Positions 63,766 to 64,000 of a DNA stretch of 64,000 bases are shown piece by piece (the stretch's first letter is position 1; every line of letters starts with the position of its first letter). The notes below the pieces were generated by a model. The model worked only from the letters and a program-made list of their open reading frames with translations. It had not been told where the DNA came from and did no database searches. The position numbers were made by a program, and so were the translations under genes. The DNA comes from Trypanosoma brucei (taxonomy: Eukaryota): NCBI GenBank assembly GCA_000002445.1, contig CP000069.1, positions 832,001-896,000 on the forward strand, read 5' to 3'.

Positions 63766-64000
63766 ATGACGCACGGTAGTAATAATGATTCTACCAAGAT
63801 TTCCTCGTGGTTGCAAAAGAAAGCGGAATGGCGCTTTGCCTGGGATCGTCGTTTCGTGGTACTTGAGGGGCTGCGGCTGTCGTATCGAATAGAAGAAAAT
63901 GGGCCCGTGAAGAAATGTGGCATTATCGCATCACTTCTTCGTCAGGTTGATTCTAACAACTCACATGCATTTCGTGTATGGCTGAAGGATGGTGAATGTT
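63766..64000 (+). CDS. 3'-truncated CDS: N-terminus of a PH-domain-like protein
   Basis: ATG at 63766 after a (TA)19 tract and a T-rich stretch. MTHGSNNDSTKISSWLQKKAEWRFAWDRRFVVLEGLRLSYRIEENGPVKKCGIIASLLRQV... fits the start of a PH domain. The ORF runs to the window edge and is not in the track because it has no stop. Confidence 0.4.
   Translation, partial: MTHGSNNDSTKISSWLQKKAEWRFAWDRRFVVLEGLRLSYRIEENGPVKKCGIIASLLRQVDSNNSHAFRVWLKDGEC

Noticed and set aside
1-64000. CRISPR arrays, prokaryotic defence/toxin-antitoxin operons, rRNA, and spliced-leader or 5S arrays
   Set aside because: No direct-repeat/spacer periodicity and no rRNA-like conserved blocks. The gene structure, codon usage and spacer architecture are eukaryotic and kinetoplastid throughout.

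Overview
This 64 kb window looks like a chromosome-internal segment of a trypanosomatid genome, most likely Trypanosoma brucei. The species call rests on my recollection that the 332-aa product of the ORF at 4359-5357 is essentially the T. brucei L-threonine 3-dehydrogenase, plus the overall composition and gene order; I could not verify it by search. All supportable coding regions lie on the + strand (25 CDS: 23 complete, a 5'-truncated one at the left edge and a 3'-truncated one at the right edge). The window is therefore one directional polycistronic transcription unit. Genes are separated by pyrimidine-rich, microsatellite-laden low-complexity spacers of about 0.15-2.2 kb. These spacers are the expected trans-splicing/polyadenylation regions. 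The one exception is a 5.7 kb ORF-free low-complexity tract at 21350-27091. The supplied ORF track often starts ORFs at non-ATG codons (TTG/GTG), which extends them through the upstream polypyrimidine tract. I corrected these to the first plausible ATG. Recognisable products are: a Vps41-type RING-H2 sorting protein, Imp4/Brix, threonine dehydrogenase, a soluble twin-NBD ABC ATPase, a TBC RabGAP, RIO2 kinase, a PSP1-domain protein, a WD40 protein, a kinesin with a C-terminal PH domain, an S1/P1 nuclease, a SAMHD1-like HD-domain protein, RluA- and TruA-family pseudouridine synthases, a clamp-loader-like P-loop protein, a BCS1-like AAA ATPase, PPC decarboxylase, an AP-4 epsilon-like adaptin, a PERK/eIF2-alpha-kinase-like kinase, a sphingolipid delta-4 desaturase, and several hypotheticals. 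I found no tRNA, rRNA, spliced-leader, CRISPR or clear mobile-element signatures. I could not identify snoRNAs by eye. Nothing here resembles a prokaryotic-style system. The items most worth follow-up are the 5.7 kb gene-free tract (very long 3'UTR versus unannotated ncRNA), the unusually compact adaptin-Pus3-kinase gene trio, and several multi-domain or hypothetical proteins.
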